Assembly (NCBI GenBank): GCA_035494735.1
Contig: DATJGS010000011.1
Coordinates: 14,199-78,198, forward strand
DNA length: 64,000 bases
Direction: 5' to 3'
DNA from: Candidatus Saccharimonadaceae bacterium
GTDB lineage: Bacteria > Eisenbacteria > RBG-16-71-46
Shown here piece after piece: positions 40,492 to 49,072 of the stretch. The notes under the pieces were generated by a model. That model was given only the letters and a program-made list of their open reading frames with translations, was not told the origin of the DNA and did no database searches. Within the stretch, counting starts at the first letter, position 1, and every line of letters starts with the position of its first letter. Both the position numbers and the translations under genes were made by a program.

Positions 40492-41171
40492 TCGGCGCGC
40501 GCGGCATGCTGCTCTCGGTGCGCGCCGGTCGCGTCGCGCGTCACGGCACGCCGTGCGCCGCCGATCCGCTCGAGCGCGAGTGGACGAGCGCGTTCTACAA
40601 GGACGCGGTCGAAGGCCCGCGCCACGTCGGGCGCGAAGGCCTGGACGGCGACGAGCAGCGCGACAAGGGCCGCGGCCATGGAGGCCCGCACGCGGCCCTG
40701 CTCGCGTACGCGGCGGCGCACTATCCCAAGTGGCGCGTCGAGCTCGGTGAGCCGGCGATGGACTTCGGCGGCTTCGGCGAGAACCTCGACGTCGACGGCT
40801 TCGACGAAACGACGGTCTGCATCGGCGACACGTTCGAGATCGGCGATTGCGTCGTCCAGGTCGCCAGCCCGCGCGGGCCGTGCAACAACATCTCGCGCCG
40901 CTGGAAGCGCCCCGACATGGTGAATCGCGTGACCGACACCGGCCGCACCGGCTGGTACCTGCGCGTGCTGAAAGAGGGCAGCGTCGCGGCGGGGCAGAGC
41001 GTGACGCTCACGGCGCGCACGCTGCCCGAGTGGACCGTGGCGCGGATCTTTCGCCTGCGCGTCGACCCCGACGGCGACATGGCCGGGCTCGAGGCCGCCG
41101 CCGCGCTCGAACTCCTCACGCCCGACTGGCGTCAGTGGTTCGCGAAGCGCGTGACGGAGCGGGCGAGCTAA
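40488..41171 (+). CDS. MOSC domain-containing protein (YiiM-like)
   Basis: GTG start overlapping the upstream TGA (GTGA); alternative ATG at ~40506 (MLLSVRAGRV). Motifs GLDGDEQRDKGRGHGGPHAALLAY and GENLDVDGFDETTVCIGDTFEIGDCVVQVASPRGPC are typical of MOSC/YiiM. Confidence 0.7.
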   Translation: MIGARGMLLSVRAGRVARHGTPCAADPLEREWTSAFYKDAVEGPRHVGREGLDGDEQRDKGRGHGGPHAALLAYAAAHYPKWRVELGEPAMDFGGFGENLDVDGFDETTVCIGDTFEIGDCVVQVASPRGPCNNISRRWKRPDMVNRVTDTGRTGWYLRVLKEGSVAAGQSVTLTARTLPEWTVARIFRLRVDPDGDMAGLEAAAALELLTPDWRQWFAKRVTERAS

Positions 41172-42655
41172 CGGCCCAGCAGCATCTTCACCGCCGCTGC
41201 CCACCGCGCGTACTCGCTCTCGCGCCACGCGCGTGGCTGCTTCGGGCGGAAGACGCGCTCGACCTTGCGCACGCGCTTCAAGTCGCGCGGCGACCATAGG
41301 CCGACGCCGAGGCCGGCGAGCAGCCCGGCGCCGAGCGCCGTCGTCTCGATGACGCGCGGCCGCTCGACGGGGATGCCGAGCAGGTCGGCCTGGTACTGCA
41401 TGAGCCAGTCGTTCGCCGACGCGCCGCCGTCGACGCGCAAGCTGCGCACGCGGCCGCCCGCGTCGCGGGCCATGGCGTCGACGAGATCGCGGCTCTGGAA
41501 CGCGAGCGATTCCAGCGTGGCGCGCGCGACGTGGTCCTTCGTCGTGCCGCGCGTCAGCCCGAGGAGCGCGCCGCGCACGTCGGCGCGCCAGTAGGGGGCG
41601 CCGAGCCCGACGAACGCCGGCACGAGCACGACGCCGCCCGAGTCCGCGACGCGCTTGGCCATCGCCTCGCTGTCCGCGGCGCGCGCGATCAGGCCGAGGC
41701 CATCGCGCAGCCACTGGAGCGCGGCGCCGGCCACGAACACGCTGCCTTCGAGCGCGTACGCGACCTCGCCCGCCGGGCCGCAGGCGATCGTGGTGAGCAG
41801 CCCGGCGCGCGAAGCGAGACGGCGCGCGCCGGTGTGGAACAGCAGGAAACAGCCGGTGCCGTACGTGTTCTTGGATGAGCCCGCGGTCACGCAGCCCTGG
41901 CCGAACAGCGCGGCCTGCTGGTCGCCGGCGACGCCGGCGATGGGCACGCCGTCCGGCATCCAGCCGAGCCCGCGCGTCACGCCGAACGGCCCGCTGGACG
42001 CGCGCACGTCGGGCAGCACGCTCGGCGGCACCGCGAAGCGCGCGAGCAGCTCGGCGTCCCAGTGCCGCGCGCCGATGTTGAACAGCATCGTGCGCGACGC
42101 GTTCGTCGCGTCGGTCGCGTGCGTCACGCCGCCCGTCAGCTTCCAGATGAGCCAGCTGTCGATCGTGCCGAACGCGAGCGCGCCGCGGCGCGCGCGCTGC
42201 CTCGCGCCCTTCACGTGCGCGAGCAGCCACTCCAGCTTCGTCGCCGAGAAGTACGGATCGAGCACGAGCCCCGTGCGCCGGCGCACGTCGGACTCGAGCC
42301 CGGCGCGGCGCAGCGCGTCGCAGCGCGGCGCGGTGCGCCGGTCCTGCCACACGATCGCGCGGGCGATGGGCTTGCCCGTCGCGCGATCCCACAGCAGCGT
42401 CGTCTCGCGCTGGTTCGTGATGCCGATCGCGACGATGTTGTTCGCGTTCGCGCGCGCCTGGCGCAGCGCGCCGACGACGGCACGGTGCACGCTGCGCCAG
42501 ATCTCCTCGCCGTCGTGCTCGACCCAGCCCGGCTTGGGGAAGTGCTGCGGCAATTCCGCGTAGCCGCGGCCGCGTGCCACGCCCTTGGCGTCGAGGAGCA
42601 GCGCGGTCGATCCGGTCGTGCCCTGGTCGATCGCCAGCACGAGCGCGCGGCTCAT
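41168..42655 (-). CDS. glpK: glycerol kinase
   Basis: ATG MSRALVLAIDQGTTGS in frame with ORF 41168..42715. FGGY kinase motifs (TNQRETTLLWD, GDQQAALFGQ, GTGCFLL). The stop overlaps the MOSC gene stop by 4 nt. Confidence 0.9.
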   Translation of the reverse strand: MSRALVLAIDQGTTGSTALLLDAKGVARGRGYAELPQHFPKPGWVEHDGEEIWRSVHRAVVGALRQARANANNIVAIGITNQRETTLLWDRATGKPIARAIVWQDRRTAPRCDALRRAGLESDVRRRTGLVLDPYFSATKLEWLLAHVKGARQRARRGALAFGTIDSWLIWKLTGGVTHATDATNASRTMLFNIGARHWDAELLARFAVPPSVLPDVRASSGPFGVTRGLGWMPDGVPIAGVAGDQQAALFGQGCVTAGSSKNTYGTGCFLLFHTGARRLASRAGLLTTIACGPAGEVAYALEGSVFVAGAALQWLRDGLGLIARAADSEAMAKRVADSGGVVLVPAFVGLGAPYWRADVRGALLGLTRGTTKDHVARATLESLAFQSRDLVDAMARDAGGRVRSLRVDGGASANDWLMQYQADLLGIPVERPRVIETTALGAGLLAGLGVGLWSPRDLKRVRKVERVFRPKQPRAWRESEYARWAAAVKMLLGR

Positions 42656-42737
42656 CGCGAGCCCCGCCGAGCGTCGCGCGGCGCGCCCCGCCGACGGTCG
42701 ACTGGCGTCGCGCACGCGCGTCCGGCGGCCCTGCGCC

Positions 42738-44240
42738 TCACGCCACTTCTTTCGCGCGCTGCAGGAGCGATTCCTCTTCCCAGCGTGCCGCGTCCACGCT
42801 CTGCAGTTCCTCGCGCGTGCGCTGCTCGCTCCAGCCGAGGCGCCGGGCCATGGCTTCCGCGACCTCGCGCGCCGCGACGCGGCCGCGGTCGGGCGCGAGC
42901 CACAGCGCGCTGCGCCGGCGCAGCACGTCTTCCAGCCGGCGCGCGAACTCGTGCTCGATCGCGAACGTCGCGAGGCCGGCCGCGTCGAGCGGGGCCTGCG
43001 ACGGCGCGGGCAGCGGCGCTTCGGAGTCCTCGATCGGCTTCTGGATCTTGAGCCGGCGCGCGACGGCGGCCATCACGTCGCGGGCCATCACGCGGAACGT
43101 CGTGTACTTGCCGCCGGCGATCGAGATGATGCCGGACTCCTCCAGCACGCGATGCTCGCGCGACGCCTGGCCGACGGCATCGTCCGAGCCGAGCAAGGGG
43201 CGGATGCCGGCGATCGCGGCGAGCGGAAGCACGTCGGCCGCGCCCGGGAGCGCGCGCGCCAACTCCTCGCGCAAGTAACGCACTTCGTCGACGCTCGGGC
43301 GCGTCGCGTACTCGGGCGGGGGCGAGGGCACCTCGACCTCCGTCGTGCCGACGAGTGCCGCGTTCTCGAGCGGCACCACGAACAGCACGCGGCCGTCGCG
43401 GCGCGCGGTGAGCAGCAGCCCGTGCCCGCGTGTGAGCGGCGGATAGATGAGGTGCACGCCGCGCGAGGGCCGCAGCACCGGCGTCGGCTCGGGCGCGCCG
43501 GGCGTGAGCGAGCGCGCGAACAGCCGGCGCAGCGCGTCCGTCCACGGGCCCGTCGCGTTGACGACGGCGCGCGCCGTCAGCGACAGCGGCCGCCCATCCA
43601 CGCTGTCACGCGCGATCAGCTCGAACGTGCCGGCCTCCGCCGGGCGAATGGCGACGAGCTCGGTGTACGTGAGCAGCGAGGCGCCGTGGGCCGCGGCGTC
43701 GCGCGCCACGGCGATCGCGAGGCGCGCGTCGTCCATCACGGCGTCCGAGTACAGCGCCGCGCCGACGAGGCCGTCGGGCGCGAGATCGGGCTCGAGCCCG
43801 AGCGCCTCGGGCGCGCGCGTCATGGCGTGCGGCGCCAGGCCATGACGGCCGGCGAGCCAGTCGTAGAGCTGGAGCCCGAGCCGCATCTTCCACGGCGGCA
43901 CGCGGTCGCCTTTGTAGAGCGGGATCAGGAAGCGGCGCGGGCGGGCGAGGCCAGGGGCCATGCGGCTGACCGCGGAGCGCTCTTCCAGGGCTTCGTGCAC
44001 GAGCGCGAAGCGCGCCTGCTCGAGGTAGCGCAGCCCCCCGTGCAGCATGTGGCTCGACACGCTGCTCGTGCCCGATGCCAGATCGCCGCGTTCCAGCACG
44101 GCGACGCGCAGCCCGTTGCGCGCGGCGAGCCTGGCCACGCCCAGCCCGACGATGCCGCCGCCCACGATCGCCAGATCGACGGGTGCGGATTCGGGAGGCG
44201 CGGGTTCGCTGCTCGGGATCTGAGGGTGGACGCTTTCCAT
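42738..44240 (-). CDS. glpD: FAD-dependent glycerol-3-phosphate dehydrogenase (GlpD/GlpO family)
   Basis: ATG MESVHPQ in frame with ORF 42738..44258, which itself uses TTG. FAD fingerprint DLAIVGGGIVGLGVARLAARNG; motifs GGKYTTFR and SRGVHLI. Lies 82 nt upstream of glpK on the same strand. Confidence 0.8.
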   Translation of the reverse strand: MESVHPQIPSSEPAPPESAPVDLAIVGGGIVGLGVARLAARNGLRVAVLERGDLASGTSSVSSHMLHGGLRYLEQARFALVHEALEERSAVSRMAPGLARPRRFLIPLYKGDRVPPWKMRLGLQLYDWLAGRHGLAPHAMTRAPEALGLEPDLAPDGLVGAALYSDAVMDDARLAIAVARDAAAHGASLLTYTELVAIRPAEAGTFELIARDSVDGRPLSLTARAVVNATGPWTDALRRLFARSLTPGAPEPTPVLRPSRGVHLIYPPLTRGHGLLLTARRDGRVLFVVPLENAALVGTTEVEVPSPPPEYATRPSVDEVRYLREELARALPGAADVLPLAAIAGIRPLLGSDDAVGQASREHRVLEESGIISIAGGKYTTFRVMARDVMAAVARRLKIQKPIEDSEAPLPAPSQAPLDAAGLATFAIEHEFARRLEDVLRRRSALWLAPDRGRVAAREVAEAMARRLGWSEQRTREELQSVDAARWEEESLLQRAKEVA

Positions 44241-44545
44241 GGCATGGCTCCAGCGCAAGTGCGGCGTCCCGAAGGGCCTCCGTGACTTGGGAGGCCTACC
44301 TTACATCGTCCGCCTGGGGGCCGCAGCTTGAGTCCGGGTTTCGGGAGCCGCGCCGCGACCCGCCGCCGCCTCCGTAGCGCCCTCACCCGAGTTCGCGCGG
44401 ACGCAACCGATCCTTGACCGGGGTCCCGATCGGGGCGGAGACTCGTGCACGTCTCAGGACCGGGTCGAACACGCGGCGATGGTGCCGGCCGGGCGCCTGC
44501 CGCACGACCGCGCGGATCACCCCTGACCGCGCCTGAGGAGTTTGG

Positions 44546-46447
44546 ATGCGTTCGCCATCCGTGGTTCTGGCCGTCCTCGGCCTTGCCCTGCTCGTTCCGA
44601 GCCGCGCCGTCGCCGGCGGCGGCATTTCGCTCAACCCGTTCCAGTTCGTGAACGAGATCCGCATCGGCACGTCCGCGCCGTGCGACTCCGATCTCCGCGC
44701 GTGCGCGTTCCAGCCGATCGTCGTGTCCGCTCACGGCATCTTCCCGAATCCGTGCATGCGCATCCGGCGCTTCGAGGTCGTGCAGCCGCCGTTCATGTCG
44801 CCGTTCCCGCGCCCGCCGATCCTGCGCATCCTCGTGGACAATGGCGGCTGTCCGCAGGTCGCGCTGTGCGTCAATCGCCCGACGCGCTGGTCGGCGTCGC
44901 TGCTGATGCCGGGGCTGCCCGCCGGCGACTTCGCGCTGCCGGTCGTGTACGCGATCGCGAGCTGCACCGACTCGTTCCCCTCCGACACCAGTCTCATCTC
45001 GACGCAGAGCATTCCGTTCACCGTCGACTCCGGCTGCACGAATCCGCCCGCGTGCCTGATCCCGACGTGGGGCGACCCGCCGGGAGGGCTGTGCAACGCG
45101 CAGCCGATGCGCGGCGTGCCGGCGACGCTCGACCTCGGGGTCCAGTCGTGGGCGCCGCTCGCGGGGCTCCAGGGCAAGCTCGCGTTCTACCTCGTCACGA
45201 CGAACGAGCCCGTCCTCGTCCAGCCCGGAGCGCCACGCATCGTCAGCCTCGATCCGATCGGTCCCGCCGCGGGCATGCATATCCAGTACACGTCGAATGG
45301 AAGCGGCGTCCAGTTCGTGATGTTCGCCGATCGCGGCGCGCCGATTCCGGCCGCGCCTCCCGACTATCGCTTCTTCAGCGGCGTGCCGATTCTGCGCGTC
45401 GGCGTGGCGGCGCCCGACAGCGGCGTGCCGCCGTCGGTCGTATCGCTTCGCGCGCTCGAGTTCCTCGGCTCGGACTCCCTCGGCGGTGCCGTCCCGGCCT
45501 GCCCGCTACCCCCGTGCATCGGACCGCCGCCCGAGGGTCATATCTGCTTCCCGAGCGCGACGTGTGACGTGAACCACGACGGCTCGGAAGACGTGCGCGA
45601 CCTCGTTCAGCTCGTGCACTGCGTGCTCGGCTCGGGCCCGTGCCCGGACTATCTGACGGGCTTCGATTGCAACGGCGACGGCCAGAAGAACATCGACGAC
45701 GTGCTGTGCTGTGGCTCCGAGATCCTGCACGGCCACGTGCCCGACAGCACGACGACACGCCCCGCGCCCGGCGTTCACGTGACGTTCGGCGTGGCGGAGC
45801 GCGCCGGGGACGGCGTGGACGTGCCGGTGCACATCGTCGGTGCGGACTTCCTGGGCGCGGCACGACTCGCGCTGTCGTTCCCGACGGATCGATTCCGGGA
45901 CGCACGTGTCGACGCCAGCGGAATGTCGCAATCGTGGTTGTCGCTGGGCGAGCGGATCGGCGGCCCGTTCGTGATCGGGCTCGTCAACATCGCGGGCAAC
46001 CAGTCGAGGCTCGAGCCGCAAACGCTCGACTTCGTCGTGCACCTCGTCTTGGCGCCGGGTGCCAGCCCCGACGGCGAGATCGCGATGTCGGCCGCCGAGT
46101 TCTCGGGCAATGATGGCGTGGCGCTCGCGGTGGCGGACGCGGCGCCGTCGCAGGCGCTGGGGGGACGCCCCGGCCTGTCGCGGGCACGGCCCAATCCGTT
46201 CAGCGGCGAGACGCGCTTTTCGCTCGACCTGCCGACGGCCGCCTCCGTCGACCTCGCCGTGCACGATCTGGCCGGGCGGCGCGTGGCGACGCTGTTCCAC
46301 GGCACGCTGACGCCGGGCGCGCGCGCGTTCGTGTGGAACGGTCACGACGATCACGGTGGCGCCGTGCGCGACGGCGTGTATTTCGTGCGCTGCGTCACGA
46401 ACGGTCGCGTGCAGTTCCAACGGGTGGTTCTGTTGCGCGGCCGCTAG
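44546..46447 (+). CDS. secreted Cys-rich protein with dockerin-like EF-hand pair, cohesin-like module and T9SS C-terminal sorting domain
   Basis: GAGGAG RBS; signal peptide MRSPSVVLAVLGLALLVPSRAVA. Dockerin-like DVNHDGSEDVRDL / DCNGDGQKNIDD. T9SS-type tail ARPNPFSGETRFSLDLPTAASVDLAVHDLAGRRVATL...GVYFVRCVTNGRVQFQRVVLLRGR. Confidence 0.65.
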   Translation: MRSPSVVLAVLGLALLVPSRAVAGGGISLNPFQFVNEIRIGTSAPCDSDLRACAFQPIVVSAHGIFPNPCMRIRRFEVVQPPFMSPFPRPPILRILVDNGGCPQVALCVNRPTRWSASLLMPGLPAGDFALPVVYAIASCTDSFPSDTSLISTQSIPFTVDSGCTNPPACLIPTWGDPPGGLCNAQPMRGVPATLDLGVQSWAPLAGLQGKLAFYLVTTNEPVLVQPGAPRIVSLDPIGPAAGMHIQYTSNGSGVQFVMFADRGAPIPAAPPDYRFFSGVPILRVGVAAPDSGVPPSVVSLRALEFLGSDSLGGAVPACPLPPCIGPPPEGHICFPSATCDVNHDGSEDVRDLVQLVHCVLGSGPCPDYLTGFDCNGDGQKNIDDVLCCGSEILHGHVPDSTTTRPAPGVHVTFGVAERAGDGVDVPVHIVGADFLGAARLALSFPTDRFRDARVDASGMSQSWLSLGERIGGPFVIGLVNIAGNQSRLEPQTLDFVVHLVLAPGASPDGEIAMSAAEFSGNDGVALAVADAAPSQALGGRPGLSRARPNPFSGETRFSLDLPTAASVDLAVHDLAGRRVATLFHGTLTPGARAFVWNGHDDHGGAVRDGVYFVRCVTNGRVQFQRVVLLRGR

Positions 46448-46728
46448 AAACGGCTGCATCACAGAGCGAACGGGGGCGGCGCGGGAGCGCTGCCCCCGTC
46501 GCGTTCCCGGTCGAGCGCGTGCCGCGAGCCGGGCCGATTGCGCGCCGCGAGCCGTGCAGCCGCCGCGCGCCCCGAGCCGGACCGACGGCGCGCCGCCAGC
46601 CATGCCGCCCGCGTCGCGCCGTCGCAGCCGCTCTGTTGCCGCGCGTCGCGCCGCGTGGTATTCGTCCCCGCGCCTCTCCGGAACGTCGCTTCGAGCGGCA
46701 TCCTTCTCAACCGGATCGCGAGGTGGCC

Positions 46729-47343
46729 GTGTTCTCGCTCTTTCCCCGCGAAGAAGACTTCTTCACGTTGTTCAAGAAGCAGGGCGCGCTCGTGCGCCAG
46801 GGCTGCGATCAGTTGAAGGAGATGGTCGAGCGTTTCGATCAGCTCGAGACGCGCGCGAAGCAGCTCAAGGATCTCGAGCACCAGGGCGATCTCGTGGCTC
46901 ACGAGATCTTCGAGCGGCTCAATCGCACGTTCATCACGCCGCTCGAGCGCGAGGACATCCACGACCTGGCGAGCGGCCTCGACGACGTGCTCGACGCCGT
47001 CGAGGCGATCGGCTCGCGCCTCGTCCTGTTCCGGGTGCCCAGGACCACGCCCGAAGCGACGCAGCTCACGGCGATCGTGGCCCAGTGCGGCGCGCAGATC
47101 GAGAAGGCCGTCGACGCGCTCAAGGACTTCAAGGGTCTGATGGCGTTCAGCATCGAGATCAACCGGCTCGAGAACGAAGCCGACACGATCTCGCGCCAGG
47201 CGGTGGCCGACCTGTTCTCCGGCCGGCACGAGATCCTCGACGTCATGCGCTGGAAGGAGATCTACGGGCGGCTCGAGGGTGCCGCGGACCGCTGCGAGGA
47301 CGTCGCCAACACGGTCGAGTCGATCGTGCTCAAGAACCGCTGA
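46729..47343 (+). CDS. DUF47 family protein (PhoU-like phosphate transport regulator-related, pit accessory)
   Basis: GTG behind GAGGTGG ((M)FSLFPREEDFFTLFKKQ), in frame with ORF 46333..47343. The typical DUF47/TIGR00153 N-terminus; sits immediately upstream of pitA. Confidence 0.75.
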   Translation: MFSLFPREEDFFTLFKKQGALVRQGCDQLKEMVERFDQLETRAKQLKDLEHQGDLVAHEIFERLNRTFITPLEREDIHDLASGLDDVLDAVEAIGSRLVLFRVPRTTPEATQLTAIVAQCGAQIEKAVDALKDFKGLMAFSIEINRLENEADTISRQAVADLFSGRHEILDVMRWKEIYGRLEGAADRCEDVANTVESIVLKNR

Positions 47344-47345
47344 AC

Positions 47346-48347
47346 ATGCCGTTCTCCCCGCAGGTGATGGCGATCATCGGCGTCGCGTTGTTCTTCGACT
47401 TCAGCAACGGTTTCCACGACGCCGCGAACTCGATCGCCACCGTCGTCAGCACGCGCGTCCTGTCGCCGAAGCTGGCCGTGGCCTGGGCCGCGCTGTTCAA
47501 CTTCGTCGCGTTCGCGATCTTCGGCGTGCACGTCGCGAAGACGATCGCCAAGGGCGTCGTCGACCCGGCGATCGTCACGCCCGAGATCGTGCTCGCGGCG
47601 CTCATCGGCGCGCTCGCATGGAACCTGCTCACGTGGTGGCTCGGGCTGCCGACGTCGTCGTCGCACGCGCTGATCGGCGGCTTCGTCGGCGCGGCGGTCG
47701 TGGCGCGCGGGCCGGCCGCGGTCGTGGTGTCCGGCGTCACGAAGGTCGCCATCTTCATCGTGGTGTCGCCGGTCCTCGGGCTGGTCCTCGGATTCATTTT
47801 CATGCTCGCGGTGATGTGGGGCTTCCGGCGCTGGACGCCGCGCGGCGTCGATCACCTGTTCCGCCGGCTGCAGCTCGTCTCGGCAGCCGCGTTCAGCCTC
47901 GGCCACGGCTCGAACGATGCGCAGAAGACCGCGGGCATCATCACCGCGCTGTTGTACTCGACCGGAAACCTCACCGGCGAGTTCCACGTGCCGATGTGGG
48001 TGATCCTCGCGAGCTACGGCGCGATCGGCCTCGGCACGCTGAGCGGCGGCTGGCGCATCGTGAAGACGATGGGCATGAGCATCACGAAGCTCCAGCCCGT
48101 CGGCGGGTGCTGCGCCGAGACGGCCGGCGCGCTCGCGCTGTTCGGGGCCAGCGCCGCCGGCATCCCGGTCTCGACGACGCACACCATCACCGGCGCCATC
48201 GTCGGCGTCGGTTCGACGCGTCGCCTGTCCGCGGTCAAGTGGGGCGTGGCCGGACGCATCGTGTGGGCGTGGGTGCTGACCATGCCCGCCGCCGGGCTCA
48301 TCTCGGCGCTGGCCTGGGGCGTGGTGCGGGCGGCCGCACCGCGCTGA
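47346..48347 (+). CDS. pitA: low-affinity inorganic phosphate transporter (PiT family)
   Basis: ATG 3 nt after the DUF47 stop. PiT signature GFHDAANSIATVV and its repeat GHGSNDAQKTAGII. About 10 TM helices. Confidence 0.85.
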   Translation: MPFSPQVMAIIGVALFFDFSNGFHDAANSIATVVSTRVLSPKLAVAWAALFNFVAFAIFGVHVAKTIAKGVVDPAIVTPEIVLAALIGALAWNLLTWWLGLPTSSSHALIGGFVGAAVVARGPAAVVVSGVTKVAIFIVVSPVLGLVLGFIFMLAVMWGFRRWTPRGVDHLFRRLQLVSAAAFSLGHGSNDAQKTAGIITALLYSTGNLTGEFHVPMWVILASYGAIGLGTLSGGWRIVKTMGMSITKLQPVGGCCAETAGALALFGASAAGIPVSTTHTITGAIVGVGSTRRLSAVKWGVAGRIVWAWVLTMPAAGLISALAWGVVRAAAPR

Positions 48348-48380
48348 CGCGACGGCGCGGCCCCCGGGTCGCCCGCGTCT

Positions 48381-49028
48381 CTATTTCTTCTTCAGCAGCT
48401 TGAACGCGTGGTTCCAACTGCCGTTCGTGGCGCCGTACATCACCCACGCCATGCACATGGCTTCGAGGTAGCGCGAGCTGGCGATGCCGCCCAGGTCGTC
48501 GACGTTCCAACCGAAGTCGCCGAGCAGCTTCGTCACCTGGCGCTTGGCGTCCGTGTCGTTCCCGGCGATGAACATGTCGGGCGGACCGCCCGGGAAGTCG
48601 GGCTTGAACATGAACGCGTTGCCGACCGTGTTGAAGGCCTTCACCACGCGCGCCTCCGGCAGCAGGCGTTGCACCTGCTCGCCGCCCGAGTCGCGCGGGC
48701 CGTAGAGCAGCACGGGCGGCGTGCCCTGCGAGTGATCGAGCGGATTCGTCGCGTCGATGACGATCTTGCCCTTGAAGTTCGCGACGCCCGCCGCGCGGAT
48801 CGCCTCTTCGTTCTTCTCGCCGAGCGTCGCGAGCACGAGCAGTTCGCCGAACGCCGCGGCGTCGGCGAACGTTCCGGTCGAGGCCCTCGTGCCCGCGCTC
48901 TTCGCCCACGCGGCGGCCTTCGCGTTTCCCGCTTCGCGGCCGCCCAGCTTCACGTCGTGTCCCAGCGTCACGAACCCCGTGCCCAGCGCGCGACCGACGT
49001 CACCCGTACCGAGGATTCCGATCTTCAT
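48381..49028 (-). CDS. NADPH-dependent F420 reductase-like / NAD(P)-binding Rossmann oxidoreductase (F420_oxidored family)
   Basis: ATG MKIGILGTGDVGRALG in frame with ORF 48381..50462 (215 aa). The upstream part of the long ORF is an artefact over ydeP. Confidence 0.65.
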   Translation of the reverse strand: MKIGILGTGDVGRALGTGFVTLGHDVKLGGREAGNAKAAAWAKSAGTRASTGTFADAAAFGELLVLATLGEKNEEAIRAAGVANFKGKIVIDATNPLDHSQGTPPVLLYGPRDSGGEQVQRLLPEARVVKAFNTVGNAFMFKPDFPGGPPDMFIAGNDTDAKRQVTKLLGDFGWNVDDLGGIASSRYLEAMCMAWVMYGATNGSWNHAFKLLKKK

Positions 49029-49072
49029 GTGAACTCTCCCGGGAAAAGAAGCGAACTCCGCTCGCGCGCGTC

